From assembly GCA_051294375.1 (NCBI GenBank), contig CM119264.1, forward strand, positions 23,782,285-23,846,284: a DNA stretch of 64,000 nucleotides, read 5' to 3'. Below the pieces are notes generated by a model, which was not told the DNA's origin, searched no databases, and saw only the letters and a list, made by a program, of their open reading frames with translations. Each line of letters begins with the position of its first letter. Position 1 is the stretch's first letter. Origin of the DNA: Paraspadella gotoi. Its lineage: Eukaryota; Animalia; Chaetognatha. The position numbers and the translations under genes were made by a program. Positions 12,857 to 26,671 of this stretch are shown piece by piece.

Positions 12857-13905
12857 CGCAGGAGTAGAGTAGAAATTCGAGATGTAGTAGCAGAGCGGTA
12901 TGTGAGACACTCTCGAGTGACAAACTACACGTTGTCGCGCCTAAACGCGAGAGTGACCTCCCACGTAAGGCAGACTCGATCAAGGTTTGTAAGGTGTGCA
13001 GTAGGGCCTACCATTAACGCTTGAGAGTATGTGGTAGGACGTAGTAAGTGTATATGGAATTTTTACTATGTAGTCATCGTGAGAGAAGGCAGGAAAAAGT
13101 AAGTGCTCCGTATGTCGACAAAGCTGGGAGCGTCTTGTACCCCACTACAGAGCACTATAAGAGCTGCCTACTTCATCCTCCCTTTAATTGCTGGATCCAT
13201 CAGCCCAGGAGGATTTAAAGGACCCGGACAAGTGTATCAATGTGTGCGTAGAGCACATATAATGCGAAAACACAGCGTGTGTGAGATGCGAGATGACTGA
13301 AAGGCGTGCCAGTTTGTGAATCGCTTGGGAACTGCTGTTGTCGCTAGCAGTGTCGCACCATCACACTTCTGTGTGATACCCTATTTGGTGGACGGTGAGT
13401 CTGGACAAAAAGTACATATATTAACCTCTCGTTTCGGCGCGCGCCCGAGAATCAAGCGTGATGTTACTTTTGTCCACTCCGGTCCCCACCTAAAAACGTA
13501 CACCAGCGGTTTCCGGTATTGGGCGAATAATACGCGACTTCCAAGACGTGAGTAGGATGGGACCTCAGGAAGAATTCGCACGTCTCAGCCTCTATTTAAA
13601 GTTGATGCAGCTCAGATTCGGTGCACTCAAACCCGGTGGTTTCGGCTAACCGATGCTGCCTAGGGAATTGGTAATGTTGAGCTTGTGCGGGGCTGTAGGT
13701 GATTCGAATCATCAATGAGTAGCCAAATCTTGGGTACCGCGTGAGGTCGGACAGAAGGAAATTTTTGCTAATTCGAGTGACAAAAGTGCTCAAAAAGAAA
13801 TTAGTCGTAACATCATTCGTGAGAGTGTACGTATTATAAACGAGGACTCCGACGGCATTGCTCATACAGTTTTTCGAATTCTCTTCTTCTCTCTCTCTCT
13901 CTCTC

Positions 13906-13942
<37 letters not shown>

Positions 13943-14591
13943 CTCTTCTCTCTTCTCATCTCTCTCTCTATCTCTTATCTCTCTCTCAGCTCTNNNNNNN
14001 NNNNNNNNNNNNNNNNNNTCTCTCTCTGTCTATCTATCTCTATTTGTTTCTATCTCTCTCTCTGTCTCTCTCTTTTGGTAGAGTACAAGATTCTTTCCAG
14101 GCGTTCGTTCGAGGTGATTTGCTCGTCCGCCACAGTTTCCGCTTTGTTTTCTATTTACGTTTTTGTTTTGTTTTCCGTGGAGCAAAATGAGGCCAAACGA
14201 GGCGGATTTATATTCGGTTTTGACGGAAACGCGGCGTTGCTAAGGAACAGACCGGCGTTCTCATACGACGGCACTCGCGCGCTCGCAGGCTCTCACTGGC
14301 ACTCACTTCGCCTGTGACAATCAATGGGACTAAACGGTAACTGTATCTCTCAGAAGCCTTAACGTCACCAAAAGCAGTGCCTGGCAGTCTTGGTTTAGCT
14401 GTGCGGTTCCAACTTTGTGCCTGATACTGCACTGCGGCGCCGCTCTATTCTCTGCGGCGCTCAGTGGCGCTCGTTGTGACGGCAACTCCCCAGGAACTCG
14501 TCCCGTCGCCGGATTTATTCGCGACGTTTTGACCTCGTGTCAAATATAAAAAACTAAAAGAGAGCTGGGAGAGAAGAAGAGCATGAGAGAG

Positions 14592-14633
<42 letters not shown>

Positions 14634-15571
14634 AGGCTCGCTATAAAGCGTGCAAAGGTTTTTTTCCCCCGTTTATGTTTTCATCCCTTTTCTGGGAAAA
14701 GTTGACCCCCGTCCCGACCTCGTTCGTCGCTGCGAATCATCGAGCGACGCGGATGCCGTAACTGACTTTACTCACCCACCCTCGTTCGCGGGGTCACTGA
14801 CTCGCTCTCGCTTCGCTCACCCGACGCCTTTTTTTAATACTTTCTGCCGCAGACAACCTATTTTGCCGCACATAGTTTCTTAAACCGCGCTCGCAATCCT
14901 AGTCCTTCAATTTATGGCGTCGCACTGAACTTTCTTCGGTGCACCGGCGTGTTCCTATATACGATTCTTTCACCGCTTCGTCCCTTGACTTCATAATTAC
15001 AAAATCCAACTTCCATAGAATTCCAACTGTCAAAATACTAATCATTATATATATATTTCCTAATATCAACCTTTCAAGCTTCCAACTTTCTTCAAACCTG
15101 CTCCCTCTCTCGTTTCGACTTCTAATTTTCTCTCTATTCTACTTTCGCTTTTCCTTTTCAATTACTTTTCCTTCCTGCTCGTCTCCTTTTCCTTTCAAAT
15201 AAAGCGTCTCACTCTCACGGACATTTCCTTCTTTTTTGGTTCACATCTCACGTCTGACCCTTCTTTCTTTGACCCTTCTCTCTCTGACCCTTCTTCCTCT
15301 TTTTTCCGGGTTCACAACTCGAGTCTCTCACGTCTCCCCCAGACGATGACATCTTGTCTCCTTTCTTTTTTTAATTCCGCTGCTCATCGGTCCACTTTAA
15401 TTTTACTACGTTAACAACAGTTGTACAATGTACATATATTTATTTATAATTTACTTTATCTTGATACATTCATAATGTTAGTCTGCTAGCTCTTTCTCCT
15501 TTACTTTTTACTTCACATTCACTTTGGTGTGTTCTTCTCTATCACATGAATTTAACTCTTTTCTTTTAATT

Positions 15572-15691
<120 letters not shown>

Positions 15692-16270
15692 ATTCTTTCG
15701 CCTCTTCCCCCCCCCTTGAAAGAACTCGTCTCTCAACGCATTTGACTCAATCACTCTAATTTGTGTTTCCACCTCCCCGGCGGACGGGACCACTCAATTA
15801 GTCCGCGTCCCACCAGCGCATTCATTACGAATCAAAGAGTTTACCTAATGAGACGGAACGACCGATCAAAGGAGTTGAGAGTATCAAGAAAAGGAGCGCA
15901 TCAATCAAGCTATTTGTATATATCATTCTTCTAATTATACACAAACTGTGAAAAAAAACTTAACGTTAGAAAATGGAGAAATGTTTCATACAAAAAACTA
16001 CGGAAATAAATTATTAATGTAATTTTTAATAACTTCAATTATTGCTTAATGAATGAATAGATATAAAATAAGAACTTTGGACTTTGGACAGGTTATACTG
16101 GGGTAAGGCCTCCATCCCTCTTACCCAGCAAAGCTTTAAAGCAGCTTTCGATCAGCTCTCTCACAGTCTACATAGTTTATTTGACTAATATAATATTATT
16201 TATTTACATAAGACCGCCCTTACCTTTTATACGACCGATCTCGCAGCCTCACTTCCCCCGAAAGCCTCAC

Positions 16271-16491
16271 CTTGGACAGGACGACGGTGGCGACGAGGCC
16301 GCTGCCGTCGCGCGTAAACCGCGCGAGGTCGCTGTTGCAGAGCGACACCACGTGACGCGTCTCCAGCAGCCAAGAAACGTTGGCGCAGGGAAGAGGGGGC
16401 GAGGAGAGGATCCCGCAGGTGACGTTGAATTGGGAGGCGAGGACGTAGGCCTTCGCGGGGTTATGGACAGCCGGGCGCGTATGAGGGAACG
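16271..16491 (-). CDS. IgSF receptor exon (membrane-proximal Ig-like domain, N-terminal half)
   Basis: Acceptor ctcttctag, donor gtgagg, 221 nt, phase 1-0. FPHTRPAVHNPAKAYVLASQFNVTCGILSSPPLPCANVSWLLETRHVVSLCNSDLARFTRDGSGLVATVVLSK has the Ig C...PP....V.W pattern and N-glycosylation sequons NVT and NVS. Confidence 0.85.
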
Positions 16492-18358
16492 CTAGAAGAG
16501 TAGCGATGATATGGCTAGGGGTAGTTTGTGACGGGTGGCGAGAAAGGGGAAGAAGGAAACGGCTGGCGGAGTAGGAATAGTAGAGATAATTATAGAGAAA
16601 GATGAATAATTTTGAAATTCCACCATGTTTTTTAGATCTCTCTTGTAAGAATGTGAGGGAGAGAGAGAGAGAAAGAGCAGCAGAGAGAGAGAGCAGAAGA
16701 GAGAGAGATATGGATGAGAGACAGAGACTGACGAGATGACGAGAGAAAGACACGAAGAGAGACGCCGTGCGAGTGCAGGGAGAAGGAGAATGCGGATCGT
16801 TTAATTTGAGGGAATGGGAGGACGACTATGCAAATTTTTTTTTCTCGTAAGAGGAGGGGCGGCGGCGCTGAACGTGGAGGAGGCCGGGTGAGAATTCACC
16901 GCGTGGAGCCGTGAAAGAGAAATATTTACAAGTTTATGGTTCACTTCGTTTCCGTTTGCGACTTCGAAGCGCAGAAAAAAGAATTGTTTTATTTTTGCAT
17001 AATTTAAGTATAAGCGGATTTGTATCAAGAGAGTTGCGGAAGGGAGAGTTGGGGGGAAAGGAGAATGTGGAATGAGGTGTTACGAGAGTGTTGATCCGGA
17101 TGTATGCGCGTTGTAAATAAAGGCTGTCGGTCGTCGCATTAGTTGGGGTAAGACAGGTCTAGGGGGGACGCAGGTGAGGACAACGTTTGGAGGTTGCCCC
17201 TAGAGAGTTCGAGGAGTTTTGTAACTGTGGAGTCCGCATTCAGTTCACGGCGGGGACGAAAGGAGAGCGAGAGGACGTGAGTAATAACAGATGCAGTATT
17301 TTTCGTCGCCTGGAATTATTCAGTTGCCTGCAAGAAAGGGCAAGACTGACTATAAGCTGAGAGAGGAATAGGGGAAGTAGATTGGCGAGGGCGGTGGGGA
17401 GAGGGAAGTTGAAATTCAAAGAATATGCAAACCTCAAAAAAAAAAAAAAAAAAAAGTGGGGGGCGAAAGGACAAGGGTTCCATCCTTGCTCGCGGCGTCC
17501 GGCACCGCGTGGGTGGAGATATGCGCGCTTGGCCTGGTCATAATTCTTAAGTCACTGGAAGCTACACCCCCCCCTGCTGCTTCAAGAAATCACCACCCTG
17601 CACCCCCATCTAACCATCCCAGACTCGCGCCGCCTAAGGCGCGCCGTTACCAGGCCCGCGGGTGGCCCACTGCCGGTGGCTGGCGTGGGCGGCGGGCGGG
17701 GGGTGCGGGACCACTTCCAATAACGAAAAGAAAGAAACAGTTTCCTCAACGCACGCCTGGCGTTAAATTGCCATAAAATTCTCTGTTCTCTCTCTCTCTC
17801 CCTCTCTGCTCTCTCTCTACTCTCTCGTTCTCTCTCTCTCTCTGCTCTGCTCTCTTCTAATTTCCTCGCCATATCCTAATCGCCTTCCCGTCTCTGCCTG
17901 CTTCGTTCGCTGCGGTCCCTATGATCCACAAAATTCAGGAAGATGCTTTGTTCAAAAAGACCTCGGAAAATGGTAGAAAACAGAATCTCTCTGTCGTCTT
18001 TCTCTCTCTCTTCGTGCTCTCTCGTGCTTTTTTTTTTCTTGTTTCTCGCTGCACGCTCTACGCCGCATTTGTTTCGTTTGTAGAACATATTGACGCAATT
18101 ATTCCATGACCAAGCCAAAAAGATCTGTCGCTGTTTCCTGCAAAGCGTTAGCTAGTGTCCTGGATGTTTTTAAGTATGCGGTAGCGTAATGCAGAGATTA
18201 ACAGAAATGTCTACAAATGCTCAATCCCATTCTCAGACCGTAAGAAACTCTTTGCATCCCGTTGTCCGTTAATATCTTAGTAATAGCAAACTCACAAGCC
18301 GTATCGTCAGCCCCGTTTCCAGTCTCAATCAACCCCCTATTGCCGCGCATGAATTCAC

Positions 18359-18608
18359 CTCGTTTACCCACACCCTAATCGACCTCCGTGTGCGCCGTTG
18401 CGGACAGATGACGCTACTGTCGGGCCTACGAAGGTGACCGAAGAACGGATGGCGAAGACCCTTTCTTCGAAAGACGGCCGTCGCTGTGTGAGATAACTTG
18501 AAGGTCGACGTTCGCCGGAGGGCGACGCTCGCGCCGGAGGCAGAAGACCCTGACGATGGTGGGTTCGGTGCGAAGTTAAAGAGGATAATCTTAGAGTGTT
18601 GAGGACGC
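18359..18608 (-). CDS. Probable IgSF exon (Ig4), disrupted by indels
   Basis: Strong acceptor ttttgtctctctag and GC-rich exon-like composition. Switching frames gives TIVRVFC..GAS..PPANV.TFKL, resembling the Ig motif CxxxxxPPANVTW. Donor position uncertain. Confidence 0.45.
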
Positions 18609-19765
18609 CTAGAGAGACAAAAAAAATCGTACGTTTTTGCGTTGGTCATTCGGATTCTCATTTTAGGACTTATTATTAAAAGGCGGTGACTAATCTTATT
18701 CTTAACCCACTTTCATTTTGATCCAACCGTCCGACTATCCTTAACGTGGAAACTACGTCACAAAAAAAATCTTCAGGGGAAGCAGCGGCTCTCCGGAGAA
18801 AACGCGTACTGTATTCCGCAGACACCGTTGTACCCTGTGAAAAGACAATGTTACCCCCGGGGATGCGATACCCATGGGGGAAAGTTATCGCGCCGGGTCG
18901 ATCGTTTTCGACCCCTGGGGGACATCCGGCCAGGAGGCGAGCCGTGAAAGGGTTTTATTCTGTTTCAGCTTCGACGATCGGAGGAAATCTTCTGAATTAG
19001 CGAAAGTGTTTCACCGTCGCATGTGAGTCGAGTCCTTCAGGTAAATTACCTTTCGCAAAAATGTAAATTTGAAAACTCGTTTGTTCGCAAATGAAATTCA
19101 AGGTGAAAATTATTGATTCCTCTTCGCTGGAGACGAAGTGCGGAATTTTTTTTTTTTTTTAAACTATGTATAGAAGAGAGAATGAATTGAAAAGCTGAGG
19201 CGAGGAGAAAGGAAAGGATGAAAGGAGGAAAGGTAATTGAAAAGGTAAGGTGAAGAGAGAGGAGAAGTAATTGAGTCTCAACTTGATGGAGAGAGAAAAA
19301 TAAAGTAACAATGGAAAGAAGGATGGACTGAAAATGGAAAAGAGGAGAGAGAGAGCAGCAGAGCAGAGGAGAAGAGGTTCAATGACAAATTTAAAAACGA
19401 ATTACGATGGTAGAGCTAAAAAGAAAATAAGCAGAAAAAGGAGAAGAGAACAGAAAAGAAAAAAGTCGAAACAGAAAAACTTTGATAAAAAAAGGTAGAA
19501 AAAAAAGGATTTGATTCCCTTGGCCTTAATGCCAATTCAGANNNNNNNNNNNNNNNNNNNNNNNNNNNNNNNNNNNNNNNNNNNNNNNNNNNNNNNNNNN
19601 NNNNNNNNNNNNNNNNNNNNNNNNNNNNNNNNNNNNNNNNNNNNNNNNNNNNNNNNNNNNNNNNNNNNNNNNNNNNNNNNNNNNNNNCCTCCCTTTCTCC
19701 CGTCCTTCGGAATAAATCAATCCGGTTTCCACCAAGATCACGTGACTCCGTTGGCGGTCGACGTC

Positions 19766-19779
19766 GTTGTCATGGCAAC
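19766..19779. promoter_or_regulatory. Intronic X-box-like motif GTTGTCATGGCAAC beside E-boxes (CACGTG)
   Basis: Near-palindromic RFX-type site in a CpG-rich non-coding island (about 19690-20050). Confidence 0.35.
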
Positions 19780-20136
19780 GATACTGCTTCAGCCGCCGCC
19801 GCCGCTTCCTCCCCCGGTTCTCTTTTTTTTTCCACTTCCGGTCTTTTCGCGCCAAAAGCCTTCTATTCATAAATTCCTTCCACGCGCCGAGGAAAAACGA
19901 CGGTCACGTGTTCCCCTTTTTTTTTTCGTTCGACGATCCCCTGCGATTCCCCGGCAAACCCCGACAATCCCCGAGTGATCCCCCTTCCCCCGCCCCTGGA
20001 ATGATTCACGGCAATTCACGGGGCTATCCATTCGCATTTCACATTCCGAGCGATCCCCGAACAATCTCTATCTTTTCCCCGATTGGATCTCACATCTCTG
20101 ATAAACGGTTTACGCCGAATTCAATCGCTCGCTCAC

Positions 20137-20247
20137 ATCGACGGCGAAGGTGATTTGTGATTGGCTTATCCGCGATTTGATTGGTAAACGCTTGCTCGTG
20201 GAAGTAACGATAACGCTTGACCGCTCTTTGTTAAAGCTTGCTCTTGG
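20137..20247 (-). CDS. Candidate IgSF exon completing Ig3
   Basis: Possible acceptor cttaacgcttcaagtctccaag and donor gtgagc. The frame ...SVIVTSTSKRLPIKSRISQSQITFAVD looks like terminal beta strands. Phases fit only if indel errors are assumed. Confidence 0.3.
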
Positions 20248-21986
20248 CTTGGAGACTTGAAGCGTTAAGCAGCTTTTCCGATTGTGCGAAATGCGGGCCA
20301 ATGGTAACGTACTACATGTTATTGCGTATATTTTTATGAGTTGAGTTTGACGCACGGATAGAACGATAAAAGGAGTAATATTTGTGATCAACGACCGAAT
20401 TAATTCCCTTCGGTTGTTTTATTTTTTCGCTTCATTTAGCATCAGAGTCAGAATTAATACCAGCGCATCGTTTCTCCAGTCGAATGTCGAACTCAACAGT
20501 CAATTTCCTCTCAATTTTCTTTTATGGATGAGAGAGACCTTCCAGTAAACCCGGGCCAAAGTAATTTTTACAAATCACCATAGATTCGCCACTTGCAACG
20601 CTGTATCGCCAGTGGCTTTCCACATTCGAATTGCCACTCGCACGCCGACCTAAATAGCCAGTCCTTGGCCACGCCACATCTTCATAGCTTTTTGCGACTT
20701 AAAATAGTCGAACGCAAGAATCGCGTCTGAGTTCAGTTGGCGACGTTCGGCGCTGCGGCGTCGGCTGCAGCTGTTGCGGCAGAGACGCCGTGGGAGACTT
20801 TTTTGGGACGCGCGTAAAAAAAAAGTGAAACGACGTTGCGAGGCTGGCGCATGAGAATGGCGAGGAAGTCTGGCGATTGAGTCTGGCGAGTTAAAAACTG
20901 ACGGGAGTGGCGAGCGAGAAATAATTGAAAAAAGAAAGTAAATAAAAAATGAAAATAAATTAAGAGAATAATTAAATAACATCATCTAAAGAGCAATAAA
21001 TCTCTAGGGAAAAAGTCGAAGAAAATATCTGACCAATTTAGTTTAAACATGAAACAAAACGAAATTTTTCGACTGGAGGAAAAAAGAGGAAAAATGATCG
21101 AATTCTGCTCGCGACATTCTTTAATCTTTACCTCAGAGACCGGACTACCGACGCAGAACTTTTGCCGATGCCAAACTTTTTTCATGACACATGTTAATCA
21201 TTTGCCAATGCCTAAATTTGCCGTTGGCGACCTTTTCTGAAGTCAATTCTGGAATATTGCAGACACCAAACTTTGCCAATGCCGAGTGTCGAACCATTAC
21301 CGACGCCGACCGTTGCCAATGCCGATTGTCTAACATTTCCAANNNNNNNNNNCGCCGTCACCGAAACTTGGCCTCCCCGCGATCATGTCCTCATCAGCGG
21401 TCGACGTTGAGACGTAATTGCGACCCCCGCGGGGAAACGAGGGGGGGCGGGTGATGGATGGAGAGACGTCGTGGCGATCGTGGAGTCGTTATCCCCGCGG
21501 GGAGACAAAAGTAAGGAGAACGAAAAGTGGGAGGGGGTGGAGGTAGGGGGCGGGTAAGTTGGAGGGAAAGGCTGGACGGGAAAGTCGAGCGTCTCTTTCG
21601 GTCAGACGAAAAAGAAATGGAGCCTTTGATGGATATCGACGCAGCCTTATTTTTTTTTTTCACGAGGATTTTCGTCACGAGAATTTGTCAGGGTTTTTTT
21701 TTTCTTCGTGCGGAGAGCATCTGTTTTTATGATATTTTATCCAGTATACTGTAACGTAAATTTTGCGGGGAAACTAATCCAAGAGGTTTAGTTGCTTTTC
21801 GAACGCTCTCTCCGATGCAACGGTGATATTTGCGATGAGATTTCACCAAAAGAATTTGGCAAAAGTTATAAAGTATTAACTTTTACAAACAGTTTAATTT
21901 CGATTCCGCTCTTTTATTGAAGTCATTCTATCATTCATCTTTCCCTCTTTTCCCCTCATTCAATCCCTCCCACTCCCTTTCCTCAC

Positions 21987-22088
21987 CGGGTAAGTAAAGC
22001 TGCACTGTGAATCCGTGAAGAGAAGGAATCACGTTTTGAACGGAACTTTTGTTGGAGACGGAAACGTGAGATCGATTGGGGAAGATCC
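21987..22088 (-). CDS. IgSF receptor exon 5, copy b (5' part lost in an N gap)
   Basis: Open frame WIFPNRSHVSVSNKSSVQNVIPSLHGFTVQLYLP ending G|GTGAGG (phase 1). Homologous to 25200-25300. Confidence 0.7.
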
Positions 22089-22654
22089 NNNNNNNNNNNN
22101 NNNNNNNNNNNNNNNNNNNNNNNNNNNNNNNNNNNNNNNNNNNNNNNNNNNNNNNNNNNNNNNNNNNNNNNNNNNNNNNNNNNNNNNNNNNNNNNNNNNN
22201 NNNNNNNNNNNNNNNNNNNNNNNNNNNNNNNNNNNNNNNNNNNNNNNNNNNNNNNNNNNNNNNNNNNNNNNNNNNNNNNNNNNGTATTCGGAGACACAGA
22301 AACGATCATTTATAGTCGGATTCGTTTTAGAAATCCTTCAGAGATCACGGAGAATGTGACTCTTAAAAAGAATGTTAATTTTGAATGCCTGATCATTAAT
22401 TACGCCGATTAGTAAGAACCTGAACTCTTAACAGAATAGTAAATAGTGCTTAATGATCCCTGATAATAAAATATGAATTGCATCAGGAAAAAATCAGAAA
22501 ATGTTGCAAAAAGGGTATCCTTTGCGTTGCTGTGTCATGTCTTTCACACCCTTTCTCTTTTTCTCTGTTTCCCTTTTATCTATTCCTAAAACTTTTCCTT
22601 GAACTCAAACAAGGCCGTTTATTCCCAAATCTCTTTTTCATACTTTCTCTCTCC

Positions 22655-22698
<44 letters not shown>

Positions 22699-23181
22699 CT
22701 CTATTTCTCTCTCTCTCTCTCTTTTCCTTCAATCCATTTTTTTTCCCCCCCCCCAAAAAAACTAAAAGGGGCTTGTGTCCTAAAATACAANNNNNNNNNN
22801 NNNNNNNNNNNNNNNNNNNNNNNNNNNNNNNNNNNNNNNNNNNNNNNNNNTTTCCTTCAATCCATTTCAACTAAGGCTTGTCTAAAATACAAAATAATCA
22901 TTAACTTTTCAAAAGTCCTCTTTATGGGGTCAGTCAAACCGTAAAACTTGTTTTCTGCATTCATTAAATTTTCCCTGGTATTCCATAACGAGAATAAGCG
23001 AGACAGAGAGAGAAACAGGCCGAACGATAGAGAGAGAGCAGAAAAAGCGATAAATAAAGACATTAAAAAGTACGTTTAAAAAAAAGCAAAATGCTTGGTT
23101 CGTCATGGGCGATTAATCCTCGCCAGTGTTATGATCAATTTATTCGTAGACTTAATTATGCGGAAGTTCAAAGTCTCTTTT

Positions 23182-23299
<118 letters not shown>

Positions 23300-23826
23300 C
23301 CGCCGCCATCAACATTCAATAATTTCTTCTCTTTTCCATGACATGAATTCCGAGGGGAAGCCGCCACACGACTGTTGCAGCAGTAGTGCTGTTGTAGCAC
23401 GAGTGTTGTTGCGGCAGGAGAGCTGCTGGTAATTCTCTAGAAAAAGCTTCTCATCTTCTCCTCTCGACCGTGGCCTGAATTGGTACGGAAAAAAAAACCT
23501 TGTCTTGTTGGAATAGAAAAGCTAACAGGATTGAAAAATCCGCACACCACGGTTTTCTGTTCCATCGGTGACCGTGCGAGAAAGGAGTTTGATTTATCTT
23601 GGAACAGATACGAAATATCTCTTAATACTATTTAAAAAAAAGACTGAGAAGACAACCACAGGAGTTACAACTGCCTTTAAACTAAAGAAAGGTTCGTTTT
23701 GAATAAATACGCACATATATACCTTTTTACATGATAGTAGATGTGTTTCTCATTATCTTCATGTTGGGAAGATAATGACTGAAGATAATGACTAAGCTAA
23801 GTCAACATCCCTAGCATTTGACTCAC

Positions 23827-24047
23827 CTGAACACGTCTCGACATTTAATCTTTGGTTTGTAATAAACCAGAAGCTTTTTGTAGCCGCAGGATGGGTAAGG
23901 GATGGAGGCGTTCCAGTAGCTGTGCACGGAGAGGCTGCAGCGGAGCAGCTTCCCGTTGTCCGAAGGCTTCGGATCGATCGCCAGCTTCGAGATGCTGTAG
24001 TTTCCGAGGGTTGAGGCTTGGCCTGTGATGCCGCGGGTCTCGCCCAC
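23827..24047 (-). CDS. IgSF receptor exon 4, copy b (identical duplicate)
   Basis: By eye identical to 27174-27394. Keeps an AG acceptor (ctatcccaag) and a GTGAGT donor. Confidence 0.7.
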
Positions 24048-24227
24048 CTTGGGATAGAAGTTGATGTCACATGTGAATCATTTGCCAATGCCTAATATTT
24101 GCCTTTGGAGAGAACTTTTCTGAAGTCAATTCTCAAAAATATTGCAGACACCAAACTTTGCCAATACCGGAGTGTCGAACCATTACCGACGCCGACCTTT
24201 GCCAATGCCGTTGTCTAACATTTCCAA

Positions 24228-24465
24228 CGCCGAACTTTGCCGACGCGAACTTTGCCGACGGCCGAACTTTGGCGACGCCGAACTTTGCCGACGTCGAACT
24301 TTGCCGACGCCGAACTTTGTGCCGACGCCGGTACTTTGCCGAACCAGAAACATGCGACCCCGAACTTTTCGAGGGCCGAACTTTGCCGACCCGCGACTTC
24401 GCCGTCACCGAACTTTGCGACCCCGAACTTTTCCGACGCCGAACTTCGCCGTCACCGAACTTGGC
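24228..24465. repeat. GC-rich ~15-16-bp minisatellite (GCCGAACTTTGCCGAC-like)
   Basis: About a dozen degenerate CGAACTT units. Collapsed into a 10-N gap in the duplicate at 21343. Confidence 0.85.
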
Positions 24466-24880
24466 CTCCCCGCGATCATGTCCTCATCAGCGGTCGACGT
24501 TGAGACGTAATTAGCGACCCCCGCGGGAAACGAGGGGGGCGGGTGATGGATGGAGAGACGTCGTGGAGATCGTGAGTCGTTATCCCGCGGGAGACAAAAG
24601 TAAGGAGAACGAAAATGGGGGGGTGGAGAGTAGGGGCGGGTAAGTTGGAGGGAAAGCTGGACGGGAAAGTCGAGCGTCTCTCTCGGTCAGACGAAAAGAA
24701 AAGAAACCTTTGATGGATTTTCGACGCAGCTTATTTTTTTCACGAGGATTTTTCCGTCACGAGATTTGGTCAGATTTTTTTTTTCCTTCGTGCGGAGAGC
24801 ATCTGTTTTTATGATATTTTATCCAGTATAACTGTAACGTAAATTTTGCGGGGAAACTAATCCAAGAGGTTCAGTAATAA

Positions 24881-24932
<52 letters not shown>

Positions 24933-25199
24933 TAATAATATAATAATAATAATAATAATAATATATAAAATTGGACATAGTAATTATAAAAAAAAAAAGA
25001 GGTTTCAGTGCTTTTTCGAACGCTCCTCCGATGCAAACGGTGATGTTTGCGATGAGATTTCACCAAAAAGATTTGGCAAAAGTTATAAAGCACTTAACTT
25101 TTAAAAACATGTTTAATTCGATTCCGCTCTTTGGTAAGTCATTCTATCATCATCTTTCCCTCTTTTCCCTCATTCATCCCTCCCACTCCCTTTCCTCAC

Positions 25200-25377
25200 C
25201 GGGTAAGTTAAAGCTGCACTGTGAATCCGTGAAGAGAAGAATCACGTTTGAACGGAACTTTGTTGGAGACGGAAACGTGAGATCGATTGGGGAAGATCCA
25301 AGATGACATCAGTCGAGAGGGGGGCGGGTTGGACGCCAACAGAGCACTCCACGATGTAGAAGGATCGCCAGGGGAAG
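25200..25377 (-). CDS. IgSF receptor exon 5, copy a (Ig3 N-terminal part; frameshifted in this assembly)
   Basis: Acceptor cctccacgcag, donor gtgagg. Phase-2 entry gives (S)FPWRSFYIVECSV..., followed by apparent single-base indels relative to copy b. Confidence 0.7.
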
Positions 25378-25902
25378 CTGCGTGGAGGGGGGGGGGGGGG
25401 GGTGAAAGGGGGTGACAGAGTGGAGGGGTAGGGTAAAAAAAAAACCAATCAAGTATCGAGACAGCAAAAAGAAACGATCAATTTATAGTCGCATTCGTTT
25501 TAGAAATCCTTCAGAGATCACGGAGAATGTGACTCTTAAAAGGAATGGTTAATTTAGAATGCCTGATCAACTAATTACCGATTAGTAAGAACCTGAACAT
25601 TTGACCAGATCGTAAATAGTGTTTTTAATGATTTCCTGATAATAATAATATGAATTGCATCAGCCGAAAAAAAAAACAGCAAACTGTTGCAAAAAGGTCC
25701 GGTGCGGAGTTCGTTGGGGTTGCTGTGTCATGTTCTTTTCCACCCTTTCTCTTTTCTCTGTTTCCCTTTTATTATTCCTAAACTTTCCTTGACTCAAACA
25801 AGGCCTTTTATTCCCAAATCCTTTTTCATATTTTCTCTCTCTCCCCTCTCTCTTCTCTCTTCTCCTCACTCCTCTCTCTCTCTCTCTCCTCTCTCTCTCT
25901 TC

Positions 25903-25935
<33 letters not shown>

Positions 25936-26316
25936 TCTCTCCTTCTCTCTTCTTTTTCCTTCAATCCATTTCAAACTAAGGCTTGTCTAAAATACAAATA
26001 ATCATAACTTTCAAAAGTCCTCTTTATGGGGTCAGTCAAAACGTAAAACTTGTTTTCTGCATTCATTAAATTTTCCCTGGTATTCCATAACGAGAATAAG
26101 CGAGACAGAGAGAGAAGACAGGCCGAACGATAGAGAGACAGAGCAGAAAAAGCGATAAATAAAGACATAAAAAGTAATTTAAAAAAAAAAGCAAAATGCT
26201 GGTTCGTCAATGGGCTTTTCACATGGGCGATAATCCTCGCCAGTGTTATGAATCAATTTAATTCGTTAGACTTAATTATGCGGAAGTTCAAAGTCTCTTT
26301 TGCCTCTCTTCTCTCC

Positions 26317-26372
<56 letters not shown>

Positions 26373-26554
26373 TCTTTTCACTCTGTCTCTATGTCTTTCT
26401 TTCTCTACCTTCCTCTCTCCATCTCTCTGACTCTCTCTGCCCTCTCCCTTCCCTGCACCGGTTACTGATAATTTTCATTGAAATCGACCGCTATAAAAAA
26501 TTTTCTCTCTCTCTCTCTCTCTCTCTCGCCTCTCTCTCTCTCTCTCTCTCTCAC

Positions 26555-26671
<117 letters not shown>

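Noticed and set aside
17436-17780. Poly-A followed by a GC-rich segment as a retrocopy, SINE or structural RNA
   Set aside because: No recognisable RNA gene, Pol III boxes or target-site duplication; it lies in a stretch that looks like low-quality read sequence.
24142-24514. Three overlapping open frames
   Set aside because: Caused by a stop-free minisatellite unit.
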